A stretch of 64,000 bases of DNA, taken from positions 7,812,001 to 7,876,000 of the forward strand of contig NC_135262.1 of NCBI RefSeq assembly GCF_964204865.1, written 5' to 3'. Source of the DNA: Styela clava (taxonomy: Eukaryota). Both the position numbers and the translations under genes were made by a program. Positions 11,201 through 25,406 of this stretch are shown piece after piece. The notes beneath the pieces are model-generated. The model searched no databases. It was not told where the DNA came from and saw only the letters and a program-made list of their open reading frames with translations. How positions within the stretch are numbered: position 1 is the first letter of the stretch; every line of letters begins with the position of its first letter.

Positions 11201-14200
11201 GTCATCCAGACGCCGCTGATGATATTATATAGTTCAGTTTAAGTTGGCGGTATTAATTTATAAGCACAAATAAAAGCATAACGACGGTCATGAAAGATTT
11301 TTAAATCAGCGCTGAGTCGACGAACTAAACCAGATTTCGGACTTACTTCTTGTCATTGGCGGATGGAAATTTGGGAATCGGGTTCACTTACCGTATTTCC
11401 CGGCGAATAAGTCTACCCGGTAAATAAGACGAGGCCCGCTTTTAAGCCTGAAAAATGAGTTTTTGGATATAACCTGCCAAAAAGGCGGGGTAGTAAAATC
11501 GCATCAACATCGGAATCTCAAATTACAAGCCAAGGCTTTTGAGCGGTCGCCGCGTTTGCGCATTGGTTAAAATAGCCTATAATGACTTTTTCTTGGAGTG
11601 GAATTCAAACTGTCTTTCAATGCGTCCACCATATAAGAACATTACCCATCTAAAATAACAATGCCGATTTATTTAAACTAACCTGATGATTACGTGGGGG
11701 ATGCTATCGCCGAAGGTATTTTATGGTCCGCATTGAATAAAAAGGCGACAAAAAAATGTAAATTATCATACTCGCCTAAAAGTACGACCCCCCCCCCCCC
11801 CCCCCCCCCCCCGGGGCAAAAAAAAAAATCGGGCCAAAAATTTGGGTCTAGAAAAGCGACTTATTTGCCGGGAAATACAGTATTTGGTTAAAACGATGAT
11901 CTCTTAATAACATCGGAGATACGAGCCAAACAAAATTTAAAACCCGTGCGTAAGTCATACAAATGATTCTTGTGTAGAGGGATAATTATGGCGGAATTTA
12001 GCTCAACGATGCCGGCGGACGAAATAACACTCACGCTGACGATAAACAGTTGGAATTTATAACAAAAAGTAAGCGTGTCAAAAAGTGTATGCTGTTAAGA
12101 ACTGTGATTTTTCATTATAATATAAACCATTTTACTGGTCGCATAGTTGCTCTTTTCTTAGATCAAGAAAACTACTAATTTCAATCTTATCACACATTCC
12201 TTTTGTATTTATAGCTGCTTTGAGTTGATAATATTATTAAGCTTTAATTCCTATGCCCTATTATTAAACTTAATTCCTGTGTCAATTGATTTTAGAAAAG
12301 TGAATAAAATATTTGCGGTATTTTAGAATGTATTCGGAATTCCACATTTGAAAATATTTTTCGAAATAGTCACGTATACACGGTTATGACCATCCCTGGT
12401 GATGTAATACTACGATCTTGTTTCAGACTCAGAGGCATTCAACTCCAAATTTGATGAACAGCAGATCCAATTAAATCAATGTATTGACGATGTGTCAAGC
12501 CTGAATAGTTCCCACCAACAATTCATGAAATCAGTTATACAAGGTAATATAAGCATTGAATCCGTGAGTTTTTTAAAATATATTACACTAAATACGAATG
12601 GTGCATATATGGTAGTTAATAAGTTACATGTTTGCTTCATCGCGTTAACACCTTTACAATGCACAACTATTTTTCAATCTGTAACTCCAATTTCAAAATT
12701 CGGTAAAATTCGACATTGTGACATTTTTGAAGCTGTATATATCTTCTAGATCAGGGTTTTTCAGACTCCCGTGTAGAGATTGACTGTTATTTACGGAGCC
12801 TTACAATAAATTTACAAAAATAAAAATACAATGTTACTTAGCAATTAAAATTCCCGAGTATATCAAAATCACTTTAATTAATGACTCAGATGTATATGCA
12901 TTTTATTCAAAAAGTACACTTGACAAACATTTTGCCAAATTATAGTGTCGAAACGTGGCAACAAGGCGGTAATTCAAATATGACATTATCTGGGCCATGT
13001 TGCCAAATTTCTAAGCTATCGTTCTCAAATTTATTAATATTGCCGATATTTTTTTTTCGGACATCCAAGTCAGTATTTTAATAAGTGAACGAATATCTCT
13101 CTGGGTTTCACTCATCGATACCTTGATCTCCACATGGAGCACTTTAAGAGCCTATGCTCTCTACCACAGGTTCTCCGAAGAATTGTAAAACTGTAAATCG
13201 TGAATATGCGAAAATTAGTAACACCACCGGTGGAGTCTTTGATATATATCCGGAACTCGGAGACAACCCGGTCGAGGTTTACTGCGATCTTGTGACTGAC
13301 GGAGGCGGATGGATCGTAAGTTATATTAATCTAATTTTTATTTATAATTACTCTCACAAAGCAAAACAATTATTTTTTTTCTTTTAAAGCACTTTGTTGA
13401 AATTCCGAAACTCTTAGAGAGAGATAAATCGTCAAGTTGTGTGACCGTTTAAATAAATTATGAAAATAAACTTATTGATAACTGATGCTGATAATCAAAA
13501 TTATGTATCCAAGGTCTTTCAGAGACGAATGGATGGAACAGAAGATTTCTACAGAGGGTGGAACGACTATGTTAATGGATTTGGGGAAAGAGATAAAGAA
13601 ATGTGGTTAGGTGAGGTGCTTCCAGTGAGGAGGCTGTTATCATGTCACTCAAAATTCGGGCTGGGCATTTCGAATCGAATAGTAAATTATTCGAATCGGT
13701 GCAGAGCAATATTTCAAATCGCCGCCATTTTTTTTTGCTAATGGTCGAGGTAAATTTCTCGTTTATTTATTGAAGCCATAATTTTTCAATGTAATTCTGA
13801 CATATAACTCTTTTCCGTAGTGAGTTATTGATGAAAACGTGTTTTTTTATTGTGTGTGAATGCTCATCAATCTGTCTGAGGGATGTATGTAAGTTGTCAG
13901 TAATTTATGTGCCTGGGGGTCGAATACAATAGGAAAGTTACATACAATTTTATATCTCCCAAGTATTCGATTCGAATCAATTCGAAAAAAATATTCGACT
14001 CAATTCTGAAATCATCAGATATTCGAAAATGCCCAGCCCTACCAAAATTTACAATGTAACATAGCAACAAATTATTCTTCACTTGTCCATAGATAATCAG
14101 GCGAGCCAACTAACAAACGATGATCGAAATTTCCGTACTAAATTATTCTTCGCATTTATCGTGAAATAGAAACCCGGTAAAAACACAGCTTTCTCATTGG

Positions 14201-15488
14201 AGAAATCGATATTAACTGGAAAATTATACATCAATACCTGTAAATGTCGACTTCCAGTAAGACATGCTTCTGATTGGTGAGATTCAAATGCGCGACTTAA
14301 TGAAATCAGGGTTCGAATGCTTTATATTTCCAATGCTCAATATATTAAACACCTTAAATTCATTTCAAACGTTTTTATATATATTTTTACAATATTACGG
14401 GGTTTTACGATTGCTGAAGTCCAAATAAAAATAACAACCCGCTTGAATTGTGTACAATGCAACCAGTAATGCAACTGTTTACATTCTCCATATACAGGCC
14501 TGGAAAAAATCCATCAACTAACCAAAGACGAAAGTTTCGAACTAAGGATAAATTTGGAAGATTTCAATGGAACCACTTCTTATGCAAATTACAGGTATAA
14601 TATGTTAATAATAAAAACTATTATGAGGAGACAATGATTACATGTGACTCCAAACTATTAAAATAAGGGTTATATGTGTTCCATGAAGGGGGGTTGAGCC
14701 ATAATTTTATTACGAATTTCCATAATTTAGTTCTATTACGAGAATTGTTTGTGTTAGTCAAGTGAATATACCCCCATAGGCTTCCGTCCCGTTACACAAC
14801 TTCATGTAAAGTAGGCGAAAAGAATAAGTTACCACCATATTGAAATAATGAAAATTCCCATTTATAACGATATAAGTCATTAGTCACTGTGATATTTGTC
14901 GTTCATTTATTCCACAATATTATTCATCCATGGGCAGTTGGAGGTTTCTCTACCTTCACAAAATTACGGATATTGTTTGTGATGTCCCGAAATATGTGAA
15001 TACAGTTGTTTAAATAAATATCTTATTTGTAATTTGGAATATCTTAACATTTGGAATTAAAAAGCAACTCAAACAAAAACGTTCATTCTTATTAACGATA
15101 TAGATTTCAATCGAAATATTTTAATAAAATGCCAGCAAAATTATCAAATAGGATTTGATACTTCTTTTTCAGAAATTTCTCCATCGCATCTGCAAGCGAA
15201 AACTATACATTGTTAGTTGGAGAGTATAATGGAACATCCGGAGATTCACTAGCGCCTCATAATAGTATGCGGTTTTCTACAAAAGATTCTGATAATGAAA
15301 GGTGGTTATCGCGCAGCTGTGCGGAAGAGCTCAGAGGAGGTTGGTGGTACAATGATTGTCAATACTCAAATTTGAACGGCGTCTACTATCAAGATGGGAG
15401 GAACGATACTAAATCGGTTAATTGGTTTGGCTTCAGAAAATATCAAGCCCTGAAGTTTACAGAGATGATGTTCAGAAAAAATGAATAA
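8250..15488 (+). CDS. Type II transmembrane fibrinogen-related domain (FReD) protein, FIBCD1/ficolin-like. Exons approx. 8250-8370, 8582-8682, 9285-9372, 10015-10131, 10566-10682, 12427-12543, 13170-13315, 13514-13610, 14498-14594, 15173-15488
   Basis: Short cytoplasmic N-terminus, TM segment [26 protein letters not shown], coiled-coil neck, then FReD motifs [40 protein letters not shown] and [15 protein letters not shown]. Splice phases are consistent. Confidence 0.9.
9602..9910 (+). mobile_element. Helentron-associated (DINE-1/HINE-like) non-autonomous element, copy 1
   Basis: Subterminal IR acttatcgat ... atcgataagt, internal (GTCT/GTTT)n microsatellite, short 3' hairpin and TT end. An inverted copy lies at 41953-42237. 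Confidence 0.65.
10293..10490 (+). mobile_element. Member of a dispersed MITE family with CTCC-nn-AAGTA termini and cctaaccctaac motifs
   Basis: The core gggactgaaacc...tatattcacttggctaacacagaca...ctcgtaatagaactaa...ggaaaatcggaataaaattatggcc is shared with 14660-14845 (reverse), 26687-26915, 34085-34220 and 47569-47730. Confidence 0.75.
11391..11880. mobile_element. Tc1/mariner-pogo (Tigger-like) MITE
   Basis: TIR ccgtatttcccggcgaataagtc ... gacttatttgccgggaaatacag, flanked by TA on both sides. Confidence 0.85.
13657..14041. mobile_element. hAT-like MITE (TAGGGCTG type), copy 1
   Basis: gggctgggcatttcgaat ... attcgaaaatgcccagcccta, near-TSD tcaaaatt/ccaaaatt. An inverted copy lies at 16118-16501. 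Confidence 0.75.
14660..14845 (-). mobile_element. Degenerate inverted copy of the CTCC-AAGTA MITE family
   Basis: Reverse complement of the core seen at 10293-10490. Confidence 0.65.
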
Positions 15489-16117
15489 TCAAACTTAAAT
15501 AACCATTAGGGAATACGAAAATTTCAATTTGCTATTTCATTGCAATATTTGAATAACAAAAATTTATCGATCCTTTTGAAAAATCCAGTCACTCAAAAGG
15601 CCATGATTTCATGTTAAAAATTCTTTTTCTTTGTTTATCTACTTACAAAGTAATGAGATTCAGCATTATTTTTCCATGACTGCTTATTTGATTACTCTTC
15701 AAACGTTTATTGGAGTTGTTTTGACTATACTGTAATGAAGATTGTAGTTTACATTTTTCACCGCATGCCCTATCGTAAGAGAGTTTATTTGTTATATTAT
15801 ATCTGATTACTATATTTCGTACACAATTAAAGTTTCTTGCAGTCAGTTTACACCTTCATTCATTGTTTCAAGATTCATTTTTAGTTTCGAAATCTTTCTC
15901 CTATCATCATTAAATTTTAAATGTTTGTAAGTTTCCTTTTCTTACTTTTATTCCTTACTTACAAGTTTTAAGTTGATTTTAATTTTATATTATTATTCAT
16001 TGATGAACAACATGTATTATTTGGAGGGACACCGATAAATGAATGCGTTCTTAAATATTGTCGTTGTGTGTGCGATTGTTCTTTGAACAAAATTTTTTTT
16101 ACATCACAACTGGTGAC

Positions 16118-16501
16118 TAGGGCTGGGCATTTTTGAATACCTGATGATTTCAGAATCAAATCAAATATTTTTTTTGAATAGAATCTCGAATACTTGGAAG
16201 ATATATAATTGTATGTAATTTTCTTTCTATTGGGTCCCCCAGACACATAAATCACTGGAAACGTAAAATATATCACTCAGACAGAATGCTGAGCGTTCAC
16301 ACACAATAAAAAACACGTTTTCATCAATAACTCAATACAGAAAAACTCATATGTAAAAATTTCGTTGAAAAAATATTGCTTTTAATAAAAAAAATTAGAA
16401 ATTTACCTCGACCATTGGCGGAAAAGAAAAAAAAACAAGATGGCGGTGATTCGAAATTTCGCTCTGAACCGATTCGAAAAATTTACTAATGATTTACCCT
16501 A
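16118..16501. mobile_element. hAT-like MITE (TAGGGCTG type), copy 2, inverted relative to 13657-14041
   Basis: Starts tagggctgggcatttt. The interior is the reverse complement of copy 1 (aaaaaacacgttttcatcaataactca, gaaatttacctcgaccatt). Confidence 0.75.
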
Positions 16502-16580
16502 CTGATGACCCATTTTTAACTTTTGAAGAGTATCTTACTTTAATTTTGGTTTTCTTATCTTAAACTGGAGGTTTTGAGTA

Positions 16581-17554
16581 GGGGAAAGTGGGGCACGTTG
16601 GGACATGGGGCACAGTGGAAAATCAGCTCTCACACTGATACTATATCCGCAATCCTGTCCGCGGTTCGATGTTTCAATCCGCCCTTTGGTGAGTTACAAC
16701 GTCCCCGCGAACGGACAACGGAAGGGTAGTGCGGCGCAAGCTATGAAGTGAAATTGGTTTTGGAAGGTTGAAACTAAAATTTCACCGTTCCAGTTTTTTC
16801 TTTTTTCTACATTGGACTTTCCAACATGACAAACCACCGTCTGATATTTTTCAGCTTTAGTCCACTGTAGAATATTCATAACGTTGGCGAGTGGATGTGC
16901 CTTCCAGATTTCGCTGTGGGATAGTCTGAAAATATTTGTTGCCTATGAGGAACAATGGACCGGGGCACAGTGGGACTTGCCCTACAGTGCACAATTCGAC
17001 ATTGTTTGATACAATAAGTGCTTAGAGACCTAGATATGCGGTATATTAAGTGTAATATTATGGTTTCTTTTGACCCATGGCCCAATATGGAATATATTCG
17101 AGAATCAATAATATTTCCAGATTTAGATTCGAGGGAAGAAATAATCAAATTTGTTTGCGAAACTTTTTGTCTGATATCTTAACTATTTCAGTTGAACATT
17201 GATTTTAAAAATATTAAAGCTTCAAATTTGAAGTCTCCCTGTTCTTTAGACGATTATGCTGATTAATTGCTTATTTTTAAGGGCATACTTCGTTGAATTT
17301 TGACGGACTGACCCATGGGGCCCCAGGGTCTGTCCGAATGTGCCCCACAAGTGGGGTACAGTGGGACACTTGACAGAGGTTTTTCAAAGCATTTTAGTAG
17401 TAAGATGTGTGTCGCAAGAAAATTTCTTATTCGCTGAATGTAAACTACATTTACCCCTCTATGCATTAGTCCCGCCAACTTAAGGGAATATGCAGAATTA
17501 AAGGCTCAAAATATGCAAAAGAAAAAAAGTGTCCCAACCTTCCCCACTTTCCCC
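16581..17554. mobile_element. TA-flanked non-autonomous DNA transposon (Tc1/mariner-pogo-like), 974 bp
   Basis: TIR ggggaaagtggggcacgttgggaca ... tgtcccaaccttccccactttcccc with TA on both flanks. The internal motif gggg(c/t)acagtgg(g/a)a is repeated. No transposase ORF. Confidence 0.85.
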
Positions 17555-19357
17555 TACTGTTATTCCACTGATTAGATGACATGTTCAGCACAAAAACGTT
17601 GCAATTGTTTCAAAGTCCCCCTTCTCGAGAATCCCACTAGTATAATTAAGAATAAACAGAATTTAATACCTGACGCTTTACCGAAAAAAAAACGCACGGT
17701 AAACACTATCCTGTTCAGGGCCCGATCATGCCTTTTGCCGTTTTAAAGAACCTAATCACTTTTGGTGTCCTATGTATAAGAGGTAATAATAATATACAGT
17801 ATAATAATGAAACTAGTGTTCCATGTTATCTGAAATTAAATATGCAGTTTCAGAATTCAATACTGATTTTAGGCCAAATTTAGGGTAATTTGCATGCTAT
17901 TTTTTGAAAATAATTCTCATTTCTATAAACATTTATAGAGAATTAAGATGATAACCTACTTAAGGAAGAAGAACAAGCCAAATTTATTTTGACCGGAACA
18001 ATATTGAACTCCGAGTCGTCAGACCAACACTAATTATTTTACACTGGAGGGCCATTGAAAACTCGATTATGGAAATTTTTGTGATGCCCCCTTCCCTTGG
18101 TGCCCTAAGCACGTGATTATTTTGCTCAATGGTAAATCATCCCTGTGAATCGTGTTATATTTCGCGATCAAAATGCACAGCCAGAAAATAACGTGCCGGT
18201 AACTATTGTTCATGTCGTTAACGAGGATGGATTACGATGCATTGGTCTGGTGGGTTTCCTTTTAAAAACGTTCTGGTTACTATCAAGTTTAGATAAAATT
18301 AGTCAACACACTTGGGGACTGCCAGCATTACGATTTCAAAGAGGCCTTTACGTACCTCTCCGGTTTACCAGCATTACGATTTTAACAAGTTTGTTTAGGT
18401 TAGAAATAGTTACAATTTCGTTTCTGGTTATGCTACCGGTATTGAATCAAGATACTGTACTATGAAGGTTTTTACGTACCTCTTCGGTAACGGATGGGTA
18501 ATTTCCAAGAACTCGAATTGGCGAGACAACTTGAGAATTGAATCAAGCGGAAAGAAGAAAAATTAACCTCCTTGCCGAATTTTTGCGCTTTGTCTTCTTA
18601 TCACTTGGCGAGATTGTTAAACTTTATATCGGCATTTGTTTCTACGCACATTTGGTTATGTTTGAGTGAATTTGTTTCTATATAATACTTTTTGTATCGC
18701 AGTTGAGTATCTACCTATTTGCAGTTAACTATTTCACGAAACTTCATAACGGTACTGTTAGTAAATATTCGTAACCTAATGTAATTTTATACTGCGAGCT
18801 GATCTGGTGATATCCCCAGGCTAAAAATAATGTGCTCAAACCAGAAAGATGTGAAAAGCGACGGAGATATAGGTTCAAGTTTAAAGTAAAGAATCAAAAT
18901 TATTTAGAAACTTATTTTTTGAAATTTCTCACACAATGTACAAAGTTGTATTCATCGCGAGAGAGAGGGAGAGAGTGTGTGTGTGGAATGGGAAGACAGG
19001 GGCATGCTTGAGCTAAGGTATTTTTGTTTTGGAAACTCACTTTACTCGAGTGGTCCAATGTACTGTACCCAGTGGTCTTGGATTTGCGAGTTGACTAATC
19101 GTCAATAATTATTCTAGCAATGAGACTGCAATTGAAAGCTAAAATCTGAAACAGAAACGCATTGTTAATTACATCGCTGCACCGACCATTACAGCACGAG
19201 TCGACTAAATCAGGCAATTTTATTTTAGTAAATTTCTGGACGAGTATGTCAAAAACCGTCGGCAGTAGTTATATTTGAATATTGATAACTGTCCATTGTT
19301 GACCAATTGTTTTTTCATATTTCCAGTAAAAAATAATTGTTAAAATAATAAATAACC

Positions 19358-22300
19358 ATGGCGGAGAACTCTGGTTACGTGAACGATGAAACACAAGTTA
19401 CGTCTTTCACTAATGAGAAAAACACTAACGGCACGGAAAAGAAAAAAGACAATGCTTACGAAAATGACGAGGTTGGAAGTGGAACTGACGTTCAAGTGGA
19501 CATCTCAGAACAAAACCACACTGGTCCTTATGCTGGTATATATAATATGAGTTCTTAACTTTGCATGTTTTTCTTTCTGCACTATTTGTCTTACTTGTAT
19601 AGCAGTATAGGCATGGTTTCAATCCAATCCTTTCAGATACTGTAATATAACAAACATTGCTAGAATATACGATAGGTGTAATAACAATATATAACACTCA
19701 GTATTATTTTAAAATTTTCATTTGTTGCAAAGTCCACACAATCGAATTGAATTATTCCTAGAAACAGAGAATATGAGAATACAAACTATAACCTTATTAT
19801 ATGATGTATACGCTTTGGCTGCATCTCCGATACACCGATGAAGTTTTTGGTATACCTGCAGAACGGGAATTTACAACCGTCGAATAATTAACTTCCCCGT
19901 CGGCATTAACTTAATATTTCTTTTCCAAACGATATTTTTAACCGACTTCATCTATGTAGAGCTTGCCATGTCATTTTCCACTTACGATTTATCTCCGGGA
20001 AAGTTTCATTTTTCCATCGACCCTTTTGATGTTGTCATGAGCGAACATTTATTATATTTTTTATTTACATAGGAATGCCAAAAGAAGTTCTTTTGAAATA
20101 CTCGCGGCAAAAAAGATTTCTTTGGGCTCGACACATTTTAACAGGAATGGTCATTCTGATTATCTTCATCTTGCTGGCTTTGGTGATCACAATTATCGCC
20201 ATATCGCCCCCGTGTTTACAGTTTTGGCAAACAAGTCCGATTTATCACATCTACCCCAAGTCATTCAGAAGTGCTGATGACAGTAACGGCAATGGAGATT
20301 TTAAAGGTGAGTTAAGTATACTATGTATATAATCTATTAGAGACCATCAATGTAATGTACTCGATTAAGATTGCATGTCTTGTGTGAGATGTTTTTGAAA
20401 TCGAACATGCTTCTCATGTAACAGTCTCATTTGTTATGTACCGAGCGCCCCCTTCTACAAACGGGTATATCTTGCTTTGAGCTTCTTTAATTTGTATTTG
20501 AAATCAATTTGCCAAATATGCTCGCTAATAAATTCAATTTCGTAGTTTACCTAATTTTTTTAAAAATCCTTCTTTATGACGTCAGTGAAAACAATATGGC
20601 CTCACAATGCAATCCCCAATCTTCATTATTACTAGGGATGGCGGAAGCGAGTGTGAATTCGATTACAGAATCGATTCTCCGCGGAATCGACTGGAATTGA
20701 TTCTCCGCTCTTGCATTGGAATCGATTCTTGAGGTTAAAATTTGGATTGGAAACTATGTGTAACGTTTAATGGCAAGTTCTTCACATATATGTATAAACT
20801 GCTTTACTGCTATGCTGAGTTGCTACGACGTCGCAAATTTCACTATTTATGAATATATGTATTTATCACTAGAAGGCTTTTACGTTTATTTCTTTCAAAA
20901 ATCTCTGTGGGTTCCGAGGGATTCGTTTTTTTGTGCGATTTTGTCTACAGTGACAGATTGAATACCCATACTACTTAGTTTTGGCTTTCTTGTTCTTCCA
21001 CATATTTGAACATAGACCTCGTGTTTGATTTCATATAGCATTAAGTGGGTATGCTTTCTCGGGAAGATATGTCGAGGAATCTAGATTCGGAATCGAAAAT
21101 TTAGGAATCGGATAAGAATCGAATACTTGTAAGTAGTCATACTTAGCATCCTTAATTATGACACTACAGTGGATATTCCTGTTAGGTAACGAACAAAATA
21201 GCTATCGTATCGGCAAATAGTTGTGCTGTATATCTACCTATTCCTACGCCTGATTGTATTCATTAATCGTATCGTTTGATGCATTTTTATTCTTGAAAAA
21301 ATATCCAAATTGTCTATAGTGCTGGAAGTCACTAGAATATAATTTAAACCTTCGATTTAACGTTTGTTCATTCAATCTATCCGCAGGTGTCATCGAAAAG
21401 TTGGATTATGTTCAAACTGATCTTGGCATAAATGTTATTGCTGTCAGTTCTGTTTACGAATCTCCCCAATTTGACAACGGATACGACGTTTCTGACTTCA
21501 AAAATGTTGATTCAATTTTTGGAACAATGAAAGATATGGAAAGCTTCATCGTGGAAGTTCATGACAGAGGTAAGGGGGGAAGAAGAATATATTCTTCGAG
21601 TGTGTTAGAATTGCATTTTTTCAAGGCGGTTAGCACACCGGTGATCATAGTTCTGACCGGGCAATCCCTTCGAAGCTAATATTTTTGAAATAAATATTTA
21701 TAATTTTAAAATTATTATTCTGCATATATTAGGCATGAAAATTGTCGTGGATTTTATACCAAATCATTCAAGCGACATGCATGAATGGTTTCTTGCCAGC
21801 TCAAATACGACTCATCCACAACACGAAAAATATAAGGATTATTACGTTTGGGTAAACGGATCCAGTGAGACTGATGTGCCAAATAATTGGGTAATTAGCA
21901 ATTAATAATTTGCAAATTTTGAACTATGAAACTATTATTTGTTTCTGGGACATGAGTTAAACGGCCTACCATCGACAATTAAGTTTCGGTGTTGCAAATA
22001 TTGTTGACAATGCTAACCGCAATCAAAAACATTTGGTCTAATGTCGAATTCCGAATACATTTATAATTGATAAATTGTAATTAATTACTTATCTGACTAT
22101 ATGATGTCGATATCACTTATGCTGATAATTAACGAATTAAAATAACAAAAGTTATTCCCAATATATTCGGAACGTATTCGAATTACATCTTGATCTATAC
22201 TGGAATATATGTCGATAGTATAATAAAAAATTATCATAAAAAATTATCAAGAACTTTATGTAATAAGTTATACAACAAAAATCGATTTTCTTTATCAGAG

Positions 22301-25300
22301 GAGTGAGTATGGCAATGAATCTGCTTGGACTTGGAATCAACAACGTCAGCAATTTTACTACCACAGTTTTTCTAGCAGACAACCCGATCTCAATTTAAGA
22401 AATGAGGACGTTAGAAACGAATTGAAGGTTGGATTAAGCTTAAATCAGTAAAAAAAGAGTCAGTTTTGAAATTATCAAACTTAACTCTGTCTTTTCCACA
22501 TCGCTTTTTAAAGAGTCCGTGAGGTTGAAAAATTACTCTGACTCAATGAAGCGTTGCTAACTCAAGTATTATCTTTCCCAGCGAGACGGAGTTTTTAAAT
22601 TTTTAATTATGAAAGTGAATGGCTTTCAAAGTACTTTACCAAGTATGGAGTTACGCACAGTCAAGCATGACAAAATTGCTTTCTACATTTGGCCCGAGTC
22701 TGTCTCCACATTGAAAGTAGAATTATGAGAATCAAGAAATAAAAACTCGAAAATTCTAGTTTATATAGCCTATTGGCATACAGTTCTACGCTATCCAATC
22801 GTTAAAGTCAGCTAATCTGTTTCGATAAAGTTGATGTAGAATTATGCGATGCGTATTGCGATGCACCCTTTCATTCAGTAATCGTTTGACAATTTTCTAG
22901 TAATACCATAAATATAGGATATTTTTATAATTTGTTGTTTTCTTTCCTCGTCATAGAGTGGTAATTTCGACTGGTTCATTTTAGGACATTCTCCGATTTT
23001 GGTTAGAAAAGGGAATTGATGGTTTTCGTTGCCTTGGAGTAGAGTATTTGTTTGAAGCAGAACATCTACGAGATAATCCCGTTATTGACGTTACAAAGCC
23101 AGTGAGTATAATTTAAAAATATTACGCTATAACGCGATTACGTATGGTTCAGGTTTCAGGGTAGTGAATCTGGCACACTACGGCTGGTACAAACCAGTAA
23201 AGTACCATTCCCAATTGAGCACACCTTATTGTCTGGAAATCTATTGAAAGTGAATGAGTTTTGTCATTCAAGAAAAAAAGGATGCTGAAAATATGGCTAA
23301 CTTTCAACTCAACTATTTTGATATTGTGCTATTACAAATTTTATCTATTCAATATAAAAGTATATATTTTTAGAAAATAATCTTTAGAGTCGATCAGTAG
23401 GAGTACACATTTGTATTTCAGATGTCTAGAGAAAATCTGTATCCAGATTACACGCAAAATTACAAAGGAAGTCATGATTTAGTTGCTGATTGGAGAGAAC
23501 TGTTGGATCAATACAGCACTGAGCCAGGAGTCTACAGGTGAGAATTTCTTTTATAATATTTAGCGATTGTTTGACGCACGTTTTTGGAAATTTTGATTTT
23601 GTAATATTATAAAAAAGAAAATATATAATAACCACGTGAAAAATAATAAATAAAATCATTTCGTTTTGTAAGATTTTTGGAAACCCAATTTGAAGGCGAT
23701 GACTCCACTTCGATAAGGTATTATGGTACTGAACAAACAAGAGAAGCAGATTTTCCTATGAACAGTCAATTCCTCAAAACCAGTGGAAAGGAATGGAACG
23801 GCAAAAATATTAGAAATAAGATAATGAAATGGATGAGTGCTATGCCTGAAGGAAAGTGGCCAAACTGGGTGGTAGGTCTTGAGATATCACCTTAATTCTA
23901 TTTTTCGATTGCCATTTCATACTTTCCTCGGTATGCATACCGAGAATGTCCTACTCCTAATGATAAGATTAAAGATCAGAATATCAGAAATTATAATACT
24001 GAATCCACAAAACAGGTCATCCAGAGAATATAAAAAAATTTCGGCCCTGGTGCCACTCTTGACTCTTAGTACGTGAATGCACTCTGCAATAGAATTTTCT
24101 CGATTGTGACTGTCAGCATGTTTGTGATATAATAGCATACTATGCTTGACGTCGTGCAGTAACTTTTTGAGCTTTTTAATGAAAAGTTACACACCTTTGT
24201 GCCGATTTATTCTCTAAGTAAACAATCTTGGTTGTGTGGGCCAGGGAGGAGATCTGCGAACCAGCATTATCAACAAAGATATCTTACAGTAGATTCAGAT
24301 TTATTATTATTATATGATTGATGTCATGACTGTGTTTTACAGTTGAGCAATCCCGAAAGTTCACGAGTCGCATCAAGAACGGATGTTGAATTAACTCGAT
24401 GTATTGGTATGATGTACATGAGTCTACCTGGAACTGCTGCTGTTTATTATGGAGATGAAATAGGAATGACTGATATAACTCTCGCATCATCAACAGAGGT
24501 TAGACTACTTTGATTTTTTGTTCCTTTTTTGCATTTAAATATCAGAGTTATGCAATATAGTTTATGATTATCTTTTTGTAGGATCGTCGCAATGCTGCTC
24601 GTTCTCCGATGCAATGGACATCTGGTGACAACGCAGGGTTTTGCAAAAAATGTACATCATGGCTTCCAATTAATGACAATTATATGAATGGAATAAATGT
24701 TGAGGTATGCATTGAAATAATTGTCATTTATGCAAAAATTGTGATTTTTGAACATAAAATTTAGACAGTATCAATTGTTCTTCAAACTCCAAATACGGTT
24801 GCAGGGGAAATATTTATAACTCGAGTTTTTTTTTTGATTTGCATAACTAAATTCCTTTTTATCATTTTTTCTTTTAGAATCAAACAAGCCAATCTCTTTC
24901 CCTCTTGGCAATGTACAAGAAGTTAATTTCTCTAAGAAGTGACATCCTATTTCAAAGAGGATATTTCTGCATGCTACAAACGAACACTGATGTGCTGGTG
25001 TAAGTTGAGTTTGTAGTTGAGTGCAAGTTATAGCTAACACTTCCATTGAATATTCATAGACACATTATATTTTTTATTTAGGTATGTTAGAGAGCTTTCC
25101 GGCTTAACTTCAATGATGATTTTAGTAAATTTCGGCGATACATTCGGAGGTGGAATGAATCTTCCGTCTTTTTATTCTAATCTGCCATCTAGCGGACGAG
25201 TCGAGTTATACACCAGCGACGACGACAATTTCAAAGTTGGCAACACAATCTCGTTTGAAAACCTCAATTTGCCCCCAAAATCGGGAGTGATCGTGAGCTA

Positions 25301-25406
25301 TAATGAGCATTTTATGTTCAACGAAAGATCAGATATGATTGGAAGTTGTTTTATCAATTCAAAGGTGTGCTACAACACGGCTCTTCAGGTTGTCCAGACA
25401 TGTTAG
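19358..25406 (+). CDS. SLC3A1: SLC3A1/rBAT-like heavy chain, paralogue A (GH13 fold, catalytic residues lost). Exons approx. 19358-19535, 20073-20306, 21387-21569, 21733-21890, 22299-22427, 22985-23101, 23422-23537, 23673-23871, 24343-24498, 24582-24704, 24878-24999, 25082-25406
   Basis: PYAGMPKEVLL, a TM helix, ISPPCLQFWQ (conserved juxtamembrane Cys), DNGYDVSDF, DFIPNH, QPDLNLRN, YYGDEIGM, RSPMQW and the C-terminal SCFINSKVCY...TC* are all rBAT-like. Confidence 0.9.
20633..21154. mobile_element. hAT-like MITE (TAGGGATG type)
   Basis: tagggatg ... catcctta termini, subterminal gaatcg repeats, 8-bp near-TSD attattac/attatgac. Confidence 0.7.

Noticed and set aside
11694-11891. ORF with a polyproline tract
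   Set aside because: It comes from a poly-C run inside a pogo-like MITE.
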